Positions 38,454 through 48,962 are shown, counted from the stretch's first letter. The stretch: DNA of 64,000 bases from Candidatus Harrisonbacteria bacterium (GCA_016867415.1 VGJO01000001.1:7823-71822), one strand, 5' to 3'. The notes: a model not told the origin generated them from the sequence alone. Numbers and translations: made by a program.

Positions 38454-39243
38454 ACATTATCTTTATATACTTCTTTTTTGTCTTTCCTTTGCCCTAATGA
38501 ATCTAGGAGGGGTAGTCTTAGCCCAGACTAAAGCCTGCGGCCCTAATGGCTTAAACTACACGCTCTGTGTTCCTCTACCAGGTCAAAAATCCCCCACTGT
38601 ATCTGGTCTTGATCAATACATCGCCGCCATCTTCACCCTTGCCCTCTCTATTGCCGGCCTCCTCGCCTTCATGCGCCTCCTCTATGGTGGCATCATCTAT
38701 ATTATCTCTTCGAGTAGTGTGGTTAAAAAAGACTATGCCAGAGAGGTAATGAACAAATCCCTCTTGGGTCTCCTTCTTTTATTTGCCGGAACTCTCATTC
38801 TTTATTTTATTAATCCCGATCTTCTCTACGTCGGCCGTATTTTCTCCGACGCTAATCGTATTGGTATCACTGGTCTCGATGATCTAAAAGTAAAACGCAT
38901 TGAAGAATTTAAAGCCACTAATGAAGCGGCAAAAATACAAGAAGAGCAAGATCGGGCTGAATGGATGTTTCGCTACCAAAAAGAGACAGAGTCTCTTAGT
39001 CGGGAAAAAGAATCCTTAAGCGACAATCTTTCATATCTTATGAATAGCTATGGGCAAAATATAAGTAGTAGGGGGAGCGCCGCCGAACGTACCCGCCTCG
39101 AAAGCGAAATTAAGGCTCGCAACACCGAGCTCCTTAAGGTTCACTCCACTCTTCAAGGCATCGAGCAGGAATATCGTCTCTATAATAATAAAAAAGATTC
39201 TATCATTCCCATTGAATTCGACATTTCTAATATTCGGCCATAA
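38446..39243 (+). CDS. VirB2-like pilin domain fused to a C-terminal coiled coil
   Basis: Signal peptide, 'LLYGGIIYI..KDYAREVM..LLGLLLLF..ILYFINPDL', then a charged helical tail. Confidence 0.75.
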   Translation: MAKHYLYILLFCLSFALMNLGGVVLAQTKACGPNGLNYTLCVPLPGQKSPTVSGLDQYIAAIFTLALSIAGLLAFMRLLYGGIIYIISSSSVVKKDYAREVMNKSLLGLLLLFAGTLILYFINPDLLYVGRIFSDANRIGITGLDDLKVKRIEEFKATNEAAKIQEEQDRAEWMFRYQKETESLSREKESLSDNLSYLMNSYGQNISSRGSAAERTRLESEIKARNTELLKVHSTLQGIEQEYRLYNNKKDSIIPIEFDISNIRP

Positions 39244-39245
39244 CC

Positions 39246-40361
39246 ATGAAAAAATATCTTATTAGTATCGGTTTCATAATAATCTTCCTTGGACTTCTTT
39301 ATTCTGCTTATCTTCTCACTAAAGAAACCTCAGAAAACACTTCAAAAGAAGACGTGGCAGTGATAGTGGAAGAAAAAAAAGAAGCTATTCCTACCGAAAA
39401 TATAATAAAACTTAAAGCTTCACTTCTCTCTGAGAGTCCTGTGGTCTGGTACTCTCCTTTCTCTTTTACCTCTACCCCCGGAACTACTACCATCGACACT
39501 CTCTCTCCCTCCGCCACTGATCAAAATATTCTTTCTTTATCCCGATCTCTACCAATATCCGACTTTACCTTAAGCCCTTCTGGCCGCTTCTCTCTTATTG
39601 AGCTGGGCAACAGCCCAATCCACACCCTGACCGTCTTCGACCGAAAAACAAACTCTCTTATCTCTCTTGGCGCGACCCCAATAAGCGCCGCCTTCATTCC
39701 CGGCTCCGATACCGAAGTTTTCGTCCTAGAAAAAAATATTGGAATAAAAAGAGTAAACCTCGAAAAAAAGACTGAAAAAATTCTCTTAAGCCTCGATCTT
39801 GTGGAAGCCGATATTACTCCGCTCTCCGTCTCCGAAATCCTTGTTTCTGAAAAAGCCGATCCTGACACAAAAGAAAAAACTTTTCTCGTAAACACAGTAA
39901 ATCAGACTGTCACCCTTATTAACGAAGCTCCTGTAAGCCTCTATAAAAATATCAACGCCTTCTATCTCGAGTATAAAGAGGCCGACAACACTCCCGAAAT
40001 CATTCTTAAAGATTCCATCACTAAAAAAGAAATTATCAACTTTAAAAACGCCCTAGGCGGCGAGAATAATTTCACCCTCCCCTCAAAATGTGCTGGTAAA
40101 GACGCGCTCGTCATCTGTGCCTTCCCTCAAGAAGTAATTAATAAAAATAATTTTAGCAACCGCTACACTCGTGGCGAAGAATACCCTAGAGACGATCTCT
40201 ACTCCTTCGAGATTCGCAAAGGAGAGGGGATAGTGAAACGCCACCTTATCTTCTCCTCCACCGACTCCGAATCCTACCAATTCAAAAATCTCTTCATCCT
40301 CAACTCCACTCTCTACTTCATTAACCACCAAACCGACCTCCTCCACTCCCTCCCCCTCTAA
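39246..40361 (+). CDS. Membrane-anchored hypothetical protein (probable beta-propeller)
   Basis: N-terminal TM, 'LSPSG', 'TLPSKC..CAFP' motifs. Confidence 0.75.
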   Translation: MKKYLISIGFIIIFLGLLYSAYLLTKETSENTSKEDVAVIVEEKKEAIPTENIIKLKASLLSESPVVWYSPFSFTSTPGTTTIDTLSPSATDQNILSLSRSLPISDFTLSPSGRFSLIELGNSPIHTLTVFDRKTNSLISLGATPISAAFIPGSDTEVFVLEKNIGIKRVNLEKKTEKILLSLDLVEADITPLSVSEILVSEKADPDTKEKTFLVNTVNQTVTLINEAPVSLYKNINAFYLEYKEADNTPEIILKDSITKKEIINFKNALGGENNFTLPSKCAGKDALVICAFPQEVINKNNFSNRYTRGEEYPRDDLYSFEIRKGEGIVKRHLIFSSTDSESYQFKNLFILNSTLYFINHQTDLLHSLPL

Positions 40362-40438
40362 TAAAGTTAATATCCACCAGATATTACTCCAGTGGTCATT
40401 TACCTTTTATTATTCTAAAATTTATATAAATAAAAAAA

Positions 40439-40867
40439 CTAAATAGGCTTAATAACCACTCTTCTATTCTTACCCTCTCCTTCACTTTCCGTCTTCACAT
40501 CCGGCCGTATTGAAAGCTCCTCATGCACAATCCTCCTCTCATATGCATTCATCACCGGCAACTTCACTTCTCCTTTAGAAAACACTGCTTTCTTCGCCGC
40601 CGCTTTCGCAAGATCTGAAATAATCCGCTCCCGCTCTTTCCGATAATTATTCACATCAATCCGGATCGGCTCCCGATTTTCCTTAGTGGCCTTAAGTCGT
40701 TCTAAAAGCAATAAAGATCCCACAATCTCCGAAAGCCACCGCTTCAACCATTCTCCTTCATAAAGAAAGATGAGAAGCCTATTTTCTTCCAGATCAAAAT
40801 CAATCGAAAAATCGCTAAACCCCGCTTGTTGGAATAGATTCTGATAAAAGCCCTTGATCTTGTCCAT
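40439..40867 (-). CDS. Jag/KhpB-like R3H-domain RNA-binding protein
   Basis: IDVNNYR, PVMNAYERRIVH, TESEGEGKNRRVVI; canonical position after yidC. Confidence 0.9.
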   Translation of the reverse strand: MDKIKGFYQNLFQQAGFSDFSIDFDLEENRLLIFLYEGEWLKRWLSEIVGSLLLLERLKATKENREPIRIDVNNYRKERERIISDLAKAAAKKAVFSKGEVKLPVMNAYERRIVHEELSIRPDVKTESEGEGKNRRVVIKPI

Positions 40868-41546
40868 AAATTATTCTCGTAATATACACCTGTTGGACTA
40901 AAGAAAAAAGGGTGCTCGTAAGCCAATAAAGGCCCACTGCCGAAGGTAAGGTTCCTAAGATAAGTAAGGTAAGAATTGGTCCAATAACCATCATTTTCTT
41001 CGCTATATTCCGAGCTTGTGCACCCTCCTTGGTCCCAGTATCTTTTGGTAATGACACCATTCCTAAGAAGTATTGAGCCGCCGCGGTAATAAGAGTCAAC
41101 GCATAACTCCGTTCTGAAAGATTAAGAATAGATAAAAAATTAGTTATGATTATTTCTGGCCGGCTTATAAACGAGTATAAATTTTGATCCAGAGTCGCTG
41201 GAGTAACTCCCGCAAGAAATACATTATAAATAGCGATAAAAATAGGAATCTGAATAAGAATAATAAGAAAACCAGAAAAAGGGTTAATTTTATATTCTTT
41301 ATAAAGAGCCATGATTTTTTCCGTCTGCACCTGGCGATCATCTTTATGTTTTTCCTGAATCTCTTTAATCATCGGCTGAATCTTAGTTATTAAAACCTGA
41401 TTCTTCATACTCTTATAAAAGAGAGGGTAAAGAATCAGACGAATAAGGATAGTGATAAGAATAATTGCGAAGCCAAAATCACCTAAAAGATTATTAAGTA
41501 CTACAAGCGCATTAAATATTGGTTGAGTTAAAAGTTGATTAAACAT
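40815..41546 (-). CDS. yidC: Membrane protein insertase YidC
   Basis: GFAIILITILIRLILYPL, IQP..KEIQEKHK, LIQIPIF, LYWLTSTLF. Confidence 0.95.
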   Translation of the reverse strand: MFNQLLTQPIFNALVVLNNLLGDFGFAIILITILIRLILYPLFYKSMKNQVLITKIQPMIKEIQEKHKDDRQVQTEKIMALYKEYKINPFSGFLIILIQIPIFIAIYNVFLAGVTPATLDQNLYSFISRPEIIITNFLSILNLSERSYALTLITAAAQYFLGMVSLPKDTGTKEGAQARNIAKKMMVIGPILTLLILGTLPSAVGLYWLTSTLFSLVQQVYITRIIYGQDQGLLSESIPTSGV

Positions 41547-41850
41547 AAAAGAGACTTGATAAGTCTTTAATTATTTCCTCTTGATTTCCAGTTTTCTGGA
41601 TAATAATAAAGTATTTTCCTGAAGGAAGCGATAGGAATTTTTCTTGAATAATCCTATAAATAAGTCGCTTTAAAATATTCCGATCAACCGCCTTTAAAAC
41701 CACTTTTTTCGCCACCGACACTGCAAATCTCGCTCGACCTTCTTTTTCAGGATACTTTTTTAACAAGAAAAAAGACGCCTTCGAATATTTTCTCTCAAAT
41801 CCTCGTAAAGGAAGAGATTGAATTGGAAAGCGCCTTTCTTTTGAAAGCAT
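41539..41850 (-). CDS. rnpA: Ribonuclease P protein component
   Basis: MLSKERR, RFAVSVAKKV.KAVDRNILKR; synteny rpmH-rnpA-yidC. Confidence 0.9.
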   Translation of the reverse strand: MLSKERRFPIQSLPLRGFERKYSKASFFLLKKYPEKEGRARFAVSVAKKVVLKAVDRNILKRLIYRIIQEKFLSLPSGKYFIIIQKTGNQEEIIKDLSSLFYV

Positions 41851-41853
41851 TTA

Positions 41854-41988
41854 TTAAACAGTAAGCTTTGCTCGACCCTTCGCCCGCCGTCGTGCTAAAA
41901 CCTTCTTACCACTCGCACTCTTTGAACGTTTTAAAAATCCGTGAGTCCGTGCTCGCTTCTTCTTTTTTGGTTGATATGTCGTTGACAT
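41854..41988 (-). CDS. rpmH: 50S ribosomal protein L34
   Basis: Manual translation [44 protein letters not shown]. Confidence 0.97.
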   Translation of the reverse strand: MSTTYQPKKKKRARTHGFLKRSKSASGKKVLARRRAKGRAKLTV

Positions 41989-42090
41989 AATAAAAGATTA
42001 TAGCATAAAAAAAAGTTTTCCACAAATAATCCCCAAAAAAATATTTTCTTCTTTTTTGACCTTATCTGAGTTCTATCTAAAATAGAGTCT

Positions 42091-43449
42091 ATGAACGAAA
42101 CCCAACTCTGGGAAAAGGCACTGAGCGATCTCGAACTAGAAATTCCTCGGCCGAACTTTCTTACGTGGTTAAAGAATAGCCAAATTGTAGAAATGACTGA
42201 TGGAGGAGTAAAAGTTGGACTCGCCAGTCGCTTTGCTCAAAGTTGGGTAGAAAAACATTATCCAATTATTATTTTAAAAGCTCTTCGGAATTTAAATGAT
42301 TCTATTAAGAGGGTAGAGTTTACTGTCATCACTAAGAATATAAATCGTTCCCAACTCCCAAAGGTAGAAACTCGCCTCGATGATTACCAACAAACTTTTG
42401 AGCCCGCCACCGATCCCGAAACTTCTCTTAATCCTAAATACACCCTAAAGTCCTATGCTGTTGGTTCTTCAAATGAAATGGCTTTTGCCGCTATAAATGC
42501 AATTATCGAAAACGTCGGAAAAAAATATAACCCCCTCCTTATCTATGGTGGTGTTGGTGTTGGTAAGACTCACCTTATTCAGGCAGCCGGTAATGAAATA
42601 AAAAATCGCTATGGCACTAAATGTAAGATTCGCTATGTTCACGCTGAAAAATTCATTAATGATGTAGTCCATGCGATGCGTACTCAAAATATGCATACAG
42701 TTAAAAGCCGTTACCGGGATATTAATGTTCTTATAATCGACGATATTCAATTCATCGCTGGTAAGGCAAAAACAGAAGAAGAATTCTTCTATACCTTCAA
42801 CACCCTTAAAGAAGATAATAAACAAATAATTATTTCCTCCGATCGACCTCCTAAATCCATGCCTAATCTCGAAGAACGCCTTCGTTCTCGTCTCGATTCT
42901 GGTATGATTATTGATATTTCCCCACCAGATTATGAGCTCCGCATTGCTGTTTTAAAAAATAAATTAGAAGAAAAAAACCTCTCTCTCGATCCAGTTATTA
43001 TTAGTGAAATTGCTACTAAAGCCGAAAAAAGCCTCCGAGATCTCGAAGGAATAGTAAATAAAATTCAGTTCTATAAAGATCATAAAAAAGCAGAGATTAC
43101 CTCTAAAGTTATTAATGAAATTATCGGAAATAGTTCTCTTCAAAAAATTAATAAACTCGCCAATCCTAATGAAATAATTAAAATTGTCTCTAATTATTTT
43201 GAAATCACCACCCAAGACATTATTGGTCGATCCCGAAAACAAGAAATAGTCGAGCCTAGGCAAATCGCTATTTTTCTCTTACGAGATATTCTTAATATGT
43301 CTTATCCCGCTATAGCCGGAAAATTAGGAAAACGCGATCACACGACCGCTATCTATGCCTACGACAAAATTAAAAAAGAAATTGAACAAAATCAGTCCCT
43401 TAACCAAAAAATAATCTCTATTAAAGATCTTATAGAATCCTCTTGTTAA
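42091..43449 (+). CDS. dnaA: Chromosomal replication initiator DnaA
   Basis: YNPLLIYGGVGVGKTHL, IIDDIQF, EEFFYTFN, SDRPP, KRDHTT. Confidence 0.98.
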   Translation: MNETQLWEKALSDLELEIPRPNFLTWLKNSQIVEMTDGGVKVGLASRFAQSWVEKHYPIIILKALRNLNDSIKRVEFTVITKNINRSQLPKVETRLDDYQQTFEPATDPETSLNPKYTLKSYAVGSSNEMAFAAINAIIENVGKKYNPLLIYGGVGVGKTHLIQAAGNEIKNRYGTKCKIRYVHAEKFINDVVHAMRTQNMHTVKSRYRDINVLIIDDIQFIAGKAKTEEEFFYTFNTLKEDNKQIIISSDRPPKSMPNLEERLRSRLDSGMIIDISPPDYELRIAVLKNKLEEKNLSLDPVIISEIATKAEKSLRDLEGIVNKIQFYKDHKKAEITSKVINEIIGNSSLQKINKLANPNEIIKIVSNYFEITTQDIIGRSRKQEIVEPRQIAIFLLRDILNMSYPAIAGKLGKRDHTTAIYAYDKIKKEIEQNQSLNQKIISIKDLIESSC

Positions 43450-43780
43450 AAATTCTTATTTATTAATTATTTTTTCTTAATTATAAATGAAGATTTTTTT
43501 ATTTAATAAAGTACTTTTAATAAAAAATATAAGAAAAAAGAATGTTTGTACAAGTTGTTAATAAGAAGTATAGAAAGAAGGGAAAGTCTGGGGAAAAAAA
43601 AGAAAAGACCAAGATAATTTGAAAAAGAAAAGAGAATGTGGAAAAGTATCAGTAGTTATAGACAAGATACTTTTAGAAAAAACTTCGATTTTACAATAAA
43701 GAAAATCACTTTTCCACATATTCTCACCCCCTAATAATCCTAAAGTTTTAAAAATAAAAAAAACAAAAAATACGTAGAAA
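43450..43780. other. Probable oriC (dnaA-dnaN intergenic)
   Basis: Very AT-rich 43450-43540; DnaA-box-like TGTGGAAAA (43637), TTTTCCACA (43710), TGGGGAAAA (43589); another TTTTCCACA at 42016. Confidence 0.7.
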
Positions 43781-44890
43781 ATGAAAATTATTGTTTTAAA
43801 AAATAATCTTAAAGAAGCCTTATCGGTTATTGAACATGGCGTAGGAGATAATAATGCTCTCCCTATTCTTAAAAACGTTCTTATCCAAACAGAAAATGAA
43901 AAAATAGTCCTCCGGACCACTAATCTCGAATTAGCCATTAAAAAAACTCTTTCCGGAAAAATAATTGAACCAGGAGCTATTACCGTCCCTCTTTCTGTTT
44001 TATATTCAATTATTAGCAATCTTTCTGATGAAAAAGTTTCTCTTGATACGAAAGATACCACTCTCCTTATTAGTACAGAAAAATATCAAGCTAAAATTCA
44101 AGGAGTAAAAGATGATGAATTTCCGGTAATTCCCAAAATAGAGACAGAAAGTGTTCTTATTATCGCTTCTCAGGTTCTTAAGAAAGCTATTAGTAAGGTA
44201 TTTTATGCCGCTGAACTTTCCGAGATTCGCCCTGAGATTGGTGGTGTTTTATTTGATTTTCTTACCTCGAATCTTAAATTAGTTGCTACTGATAGTTTTC
44301 GCCTCGCGGAAATGATTGTAAAAAAAGAATTATTTTCTTTTTCCGGTACTTCGGGCTTTAAAGCTATTATCCCTTTAAAAACCGTTCAAGAAATTATCCG
44401 AATTTTTCCCGAAGATGAGATGATAAAAATTTCTTTTGATCCAACTCAGGTATTTCTTCAATCTTCTTCTATTGAACTTATTTCTCGTCTCTTAGAAGGA
44501 GAATATCCAGATTATGAGCAAATAATTCCCAAGACATTTATAACAGAAGTTATTCTTAAAAAAGAAGATTTAGGAAATGCGGTGAAGGTAGTAAGTACGT
44601 TTAGTGGTAAGAATAATGATGTAAATCTTTCATATAGTGATGCTGGTGATATGTCTTTATACTCCTTAAATCAGGTAATTGGTGAAAATAAGTATTCTTT
44701 TTCCGTTTCTGGAAAAGGAGAATCATTTGAAAATATTGCTTATAATTGGCGATTTATTCAAGATGGCCTACGTGCTCTTGAAGGCCCCACTATTTTTTTT
44801 GGTGTGAATGGTTCTGATCGTCCTTCGCTTATAAAAAGCACTGAAAGTGATATTTTTTTTTCATATATCGTAATGCCAATAAAAAAATAA
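43781..44890 (+). CDS. dnaN: DNA polymerase III beta clamp
   Basis: LPILKNVL, TNLE, VATDSFRLAE, SRLLEGEYPDYEQIIP, YIVMPI. Confidence 0.97.
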   Translation: MKIIVLKNNLKEALSVIEHGVGDNNALPILKNVLIQTENEKIVLRTTNLELAIKKTLSGKIIEPGAITVPLSVLYSIISNLSDEKVSLDTKDTTLLISTEKYQAKIQGVKDDEFPVIPKIETESVLIIASQVLKKAISKVFYAAELSEIRPEIGGVLFDFLTSNLKLVATDSFRLAEMIVKKELFSFSGTSGFKAIIPLKTVQEIIRIFPEDEMIKISFDPTQVFLQSSSIELISRLLEGEYPDYEQIIPKTFITEVILKKEDLGNAVKVVSTFSGKNNDVNLSYSDAGDMSLYSLNQVIGENKYSFSVSGKGESFENIAYNWRFIQDGLRALEGPTIFFGVNGSDRPSLIKSTESDIFFSYIVMPIKK

Positions 44891-44904
44891 AAAGAGAGAT
44901 TTTT

Positions 44905-47271
44905 TTAACGATAAAGAATAAGGTTATTTTCTATTATCTTTTTATTAGAAGTGGTTAATCGTATAGTGAGTTGATTTTGACTTTCTATATTAGAAAGAGA
45001 TATTAATTCTGAAAAAGTAAAATCATTCCCATAATTTCTCATTTCAGTAAATAAGGTAAGTGAATTAAGAAGTATTTCTATAGATATTACAGGATTAATA
45101 CCTTTATAAGTGAATTGTATGGGAATTTGATTATTCTGGATGAAGATTCCAGTCTTAGGTGAAATAAGGGTAAGATTATTATTTCCGGAATTTTCAGAAG
45201 TATTTATATTTTCCCTCTGATTTCCTTGAAATCCTGGATGATTATCTAACCATTCTTGAAGAGATCCTTCCCAACCAGAAAATTGAGAGTCTCGTTCAGG
45301 GTTAGTAGGTGGTAATCCGCGGGGATCCGCTTTATTTATATAGTAAAGCGTATCATGGATTTCTCCATTAATTATATATTTTCCTTCTAAAATTGGCTTA
45401 CCAGTAATATCTTCTTGAGATTTAGGAAATATTTCACTCTCTTGGGTAAGTAAAGCTTCTTTCATAAACGCATTCCAGATAGGAAGTGCTGCTAAGATGC
45501 TTCCTCCTTGTTTTTGCATTGCGTTATTATTATTATTTCCCACCCATACCCCTGTTACTAATGAGGGAGTATAACCGATTGTCCAAGCATCTCTATAATC
45601 GTTTGTTGTTCCGGTCTTAATTGCTACCTCATAGCCCGGGAAAAGAGTTAGTCCTAGGCTTCCGTGATATAATTCTTTCCTTGCATTAATATCAGTTAAA
45701 ACATCATTGAGTTTTCGTATAGGTTCTGCGTCTACTACTCGTTCTTCTTTATCTTTATATTTTTCTAAGACTATTCCTTTAGTATCTTGGATTTCAAGAA
45801 TAATAGCTGGTTTATGTTTTACCCCATCATTAGAAAATACTGAGTATGCTCCAACGAGTTCAATAAGTTTTATTTCTCCGCCTCCGAGTGCTAGTGATAA
45901 ACCGTAGCGGTTTTTTTCAGTGAGAGTGGTGATACCTAATTTTTCCGCCATACTTAAGACATTATTAATTCCCGTAAGGTAAAGAGTTTTTACAGCGGGT
46001 ACGTTAAGGGATTGAGCTAGAGAGTGCCGCATATCCACTGGTCCTCGAAAAGTGTTATCAAAGTTTTGTGGAGTATATGGATTTATTCCAGAAGTATCAA
46101 AATCTGTTGGTGTATCAAAGAGAATAGTGTTTGGGGTATAACCTCGGGTAAAGGCAGTGAGGTAGACAATCGGCTTAATAGCTGATCCTGGCTGCCGTAA
46201 TCCTTGTGTTGCTACATTAAAATTTCCATCATTCTTAATATCAAAATAATCATATGATCCGACCATTACTAAGACCTCGCCCGTCTTAGAATTCATTACC
46301 ACCATCGAAGCGTTAGTGCCTTTATAAAGCCGAGTATTTCGTTCCGCCCCTTCTCTAACCGCCTTTTCTGCTATTTGCTGTAAATCATAATCTAGAGTAG
46401 AAATCACTTTTAATCCAGCTTTCCGGACATAATCTTCCCCATATTTATTTATTAAATATTCTTGAATAAGAATAGAAAAATGTGGCGCCTTTATTCCATA
46501 AGATTGTGGTGTAAACGATAATATTTCTACTTTCGCTTCCTGCCGCTCTTCACTTGTGATATACCCTTCTTTTTCCATTTGTAAAAGTACTATATCTCGC
46601 CGCCTTAAAAGCTGGTCTATATGGCTTCCATAAGGAGAATAGTAACTTGGTGCTTGCGGTAAACTTACAAGAAGTGCCGCTTCATTAAGAGTAAGATCCC
46701 GCGCGTTTTTATTAAAAAAAGTCTGACTCGCTGCTTGGATACCATACGCGTTTGACCCATAAGGAATCTGGTTAAGGTAGAAATTAAGAATCTCATCTTT
46801 AGAATATTTTCTTTCTAGTTGATAAGCGATCACTGCTTCTTTAAGTTTACGAGTTAAAGTTTTTTCCGTACTTAAGAAAGCATTTTTTGCTAACTGTTGG
46901 GTAATTGTTGATCCTCCTTGTGTTATTTCCCCGGAAGAAATATTAGTGAAGAGTGCTCGGAGAATAGATCGGTAATTAAGCGCGGAATGATTATAAAAAG
47001 TAGCGTCTTCAATTGCTACTGTCGCCCGCTTTACATTTTCTGGTATTTCCTCAAAGGGGATTACCGTTCTTTTTTCCTCTCCATAAATTTCATAAAGAAC
47101 CACTTTTCCAGTTCTATCTAAAATCTTTGTTGATTGGTTTATTTGTCGGGTATCAAAAAGTTCTGGTCGAGGTAAATCTTTTAGAATAAAAAAAACATAA
47201 GCCGTTCCCGAAGCCCCTAAAAATAAAAGAATACTAATAAGGAGTGGTGTCTTCTTTAAAAAATTATACAT
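44905..47271 (-). CDS. Class A penicillin-binding protein (PBP1A family)
   Basis: AIEDATFY, QGGSTITQQL, RKLKE, QPGSAIKP, SLN, KTGT; start taken at MYNFL. Confidence 0.95.
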   Translation of the reverse strand: MYNFLKKTPLLISILLFLGASGTAYVFFILKDLPRPELFDTRQINQSTKILDRTGKVVLYEIYGEEKRTVIPFEEIPENVKRATVAIEDATFYNHSALNYRSILRALFTNISSGEITQGGSTITQQLAKNAFLSTEKTLTRKLKEAVIAYQLERKYSKDEILNFYLNQIPYGSNAYGIQAASQTFFNKNARDLTLNEAALLVSLPQAPSYYSPYGSHIDQLLRRRDIVLLQMEKEGYITSEERQEAKVEILSFTPQSYGIKAPHFSILIQEYLINKYGEDYVRKAGLKVISTLDYDLQQIAEKAVREGAERNTRLYKGTNASMVVMNSKTGEVLVMVGSYDYFDIKNDGNFNVATQGLRQPGSAIKPIVYLTAFTRGYTPNTILFDTPTDFDTSGINPYTPQNFDNTFRGPVDMRHSLAQSLNVPAVKTLYLTGINNVLSMAEKLGITTLTEKNRYGLSLALGGGEIKLIELVGAYSVFSNDGVKHKPAIILEIQDTKGIVLEKYKDKEERVVDAEPIRKLNDVLTDINARKELYHGSLGLTLFPGYEVAIKTGTTNDYRDAWTIGYTPSLVTGVWVGNNNNNAMQKQGGSILAALPIWNAFMKEALLTQESEIFPKSQEDITGKPILEGKYIINGEIHDTLYYINKADPRGLPPTNPERDSQFSGWEGSLQEWLDNHPGFQGNQRENINTSENSGNNNLTLISPKTGIFIQNNQIPIQFTYKGINPVISIEILLNSLTLFTEMRNYGNDFTFSELISLSNIESQNQLTIRLTTSNKKIIENNLILYR

Positions 47272-47319
47272 CCTAGTTTTTATAGGATATATAATAACAC
47301 ACCTTATTTTTATTGACAA

Positions 47320-47505
47320 TTAATAGTTATCTCCCCCTTCTTCAAATGAAGGTTCTACATCATCATCATCATCATATAAATCAATCTCATCTTCCTCGTC
47401 ATCCTCTCCATCATCTATATCATCATCTTCCTCCTCCTCTTCTTCTATCGCTTCATCTTCCTGTAAAGTAAGCAGCTCTCGCGTATATAATTCTAATGGA
47501 TTCAT
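47320..47505 (-). CDS. Small highly acidic protein
   Basis: 61 aa, mostly Asp/Glu after residue 14; upstream TTGACA-N16-TATACT on the minus strand. Confidence 0.6.
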   Translation of the reverse strand: MNPLELYTRELLTLQEDEAIEEEEEEDDDIDDGEDDEEDEIDLYDDDDDVEPSFEEGGDNY

Positions 47506-47607
47506 TTTTGTAAAATGCTTTTTTATAAAGTGTAAAAAAAGTATATTCGATGAAAATTGTCTGTCAAGATAAAAAAAGAGTGGAAAAAAGAATATTTTTT
47601 ATATTTA

Positions 47608-48075
47608 TTATCTTTCCTGAAATGCCGCTGAAATAGCGATAGCAATCGCATCAGTGGTGTCATCAATATAATTAAATCTTGGCAATCCTAAGAGCCTCGC
47701 TGTCATTATAGCTACTGCTTTCTTATCTGCTGATCCATAATTAGTTACCGCCGCCTTGATTTGATTTGGAGTGAATTCTACCACCTTTGCTCCACTTCGA
47801 TACGCTAAAAAAAGAATTACTCCCCGCGCCTGGGCAACCTCGATCGCTGTTTTAATATTCCGTTGAAAAAAAATCTTTTCAATTGCAATCACATCCGGTC
47901 GTATTTCTGTAAATAATAATTCAAACGCTGTGCCGATATGCCGGATCTTCCCTTCCATATCTTGTTTTTTATTTTCAATAATATCCGCCATAGTAAGCGT
48001 TATCTTCCCTTTTTCTTTAGTAAGTAAGGCATATCCTGCCCGCGCGCTCCCCGGATCAATTCCTAATATTTTCAT
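47608..48075 (-). CDS. ruvC: Holliday junction resolvase RuvC
   Basis: ILGIDPG, AIEKIFF, AQARGV, DDTTDAIAIA. Confidence 0.95.
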   Translation of the reverse strand: MKILGIDPGSARAGYALLTKEKGKITLTMADIIENKKQDMEGKIRHIGTAFELLFTEIRPDVIAIEKIFFQRNIKTAIEVAQARGVILFLAYRSGAKVVEFTPNQIKAAVTNYGSADKKAVAIMTARLLGLPRFNYIDDTTDAIAIAISAAFQER

Positions 48076-48182
48076 TTAATTAAGCGAAGTGAAATACAAT
48101 TATTTCGTAATAATAATTAAATAGATTATTCCATATCTATTATTATGAAGTCACCTTTATTTTAGAATCGAAGTAGGTTACC

Positions 48183-48725
48183 TTATTCTTCCCCAGTTAT
48201 TTCTTTATATTGGGCAGGATCTATATTCATTTTTATTTCCTGGGTGTCTGGATATTCGTGAAGAGCTTCGTAAAGTTTGCTGAATTTTTGTAGATCCACC
48301 TCAGGAAGAGTTTGAAAAAACTGTGGCGCTTCTCCCTGAAAAATCCATTGTACTGATCCTTGTTCCGCCATCCGTGCTCCAAAATCCGAGAGAAGTTTCC
48401 GGAGTTCTGATATTGTCCGATTACTATTATCGGTAATACAGGGGATAAGAAGAGCTACACCCCCCGTTCCATATGCTTCGATAATAATCTCTAAAAGTGG
48501 CCGTTCACTCATCTTATGAATAGCCCGCTCAATATTATCTTGAGGAAGAGATGCCGCCCGCGCCTTCTCAATCAAGCTCCGGAGCCGAGGATTAAACTGC
48601 GGATTTTTTTCTTCTCGAGCCGCTAAAGTAATCGCCGCTAAGATCTTGGAAAAAACCCTATTTTTCTTTTTATCCACTACTTCTTTCCGGTTTTTTATCT
48701 GTTTCCATTTATTATGCCCCGCCAT
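48183..48725 (-). CDS. YebC/PmpR family protein (short form)
   Basis: MAGHNKW, NPRLR, EAYGTGGVA, TDNSNRT; adjacent to ruvC. Confidence 0.92.
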   Translation of the reverse strand: MAGHNKWKQIKNRKEVVDKKKNRVFSKILAAITLAAREEKNPQFNPRLRSLIEKARAASLPQDNIERAIHKMSERPLLEIIIEAYGTGGVALLIPCITDNSNRTISELRKLLSDFGARMAEQGSVQWIFQGEAPQFFQTLPEVDLQKFSKLYEALHEYPDTQEIKMNIDPAQYKEITGEE

Positions 48726-48769
48726 ATCTCTTAAAAAGTATCCTACTTTAAATTATAAATCCGCTTCTT

Positions 48770-48900
48770 AATCTGTTTCTTCTTTATTTCGAGCGAGCCG
48801 CTTTTTCTGAAGCGAAGTACTACCAAATAAAAAAAGGTAACATAAACTGAAGAAAAAGATGGCGCAGCCGAAAGAAGTAGAAATAGGTAAGAATAGGATC
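48770..48900 (+). repeat. Diverged family 1-like hairpin element
   Basis: TCTGTTTCTTCTTT...TTTTTCT..TAC-loop-GTA..AGAAAAAG...AAAGAAGTAGAAATAG imperfect long hairpin. Confidence 0.45.
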
Positions 48901-48962
48901 TTGTAATTCAAAGTATAATAATGAGGCCAAAAAGAAAAGCGTAATAAGGTATAATAGTGTAA

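Noticed and set aside
48183-48725. Short YebC (also short DprA and MurE) as pseudogenes
   Set aside because: Reading frames and core motifs are intact; domain trimming is expected in reduced CPR genomes.
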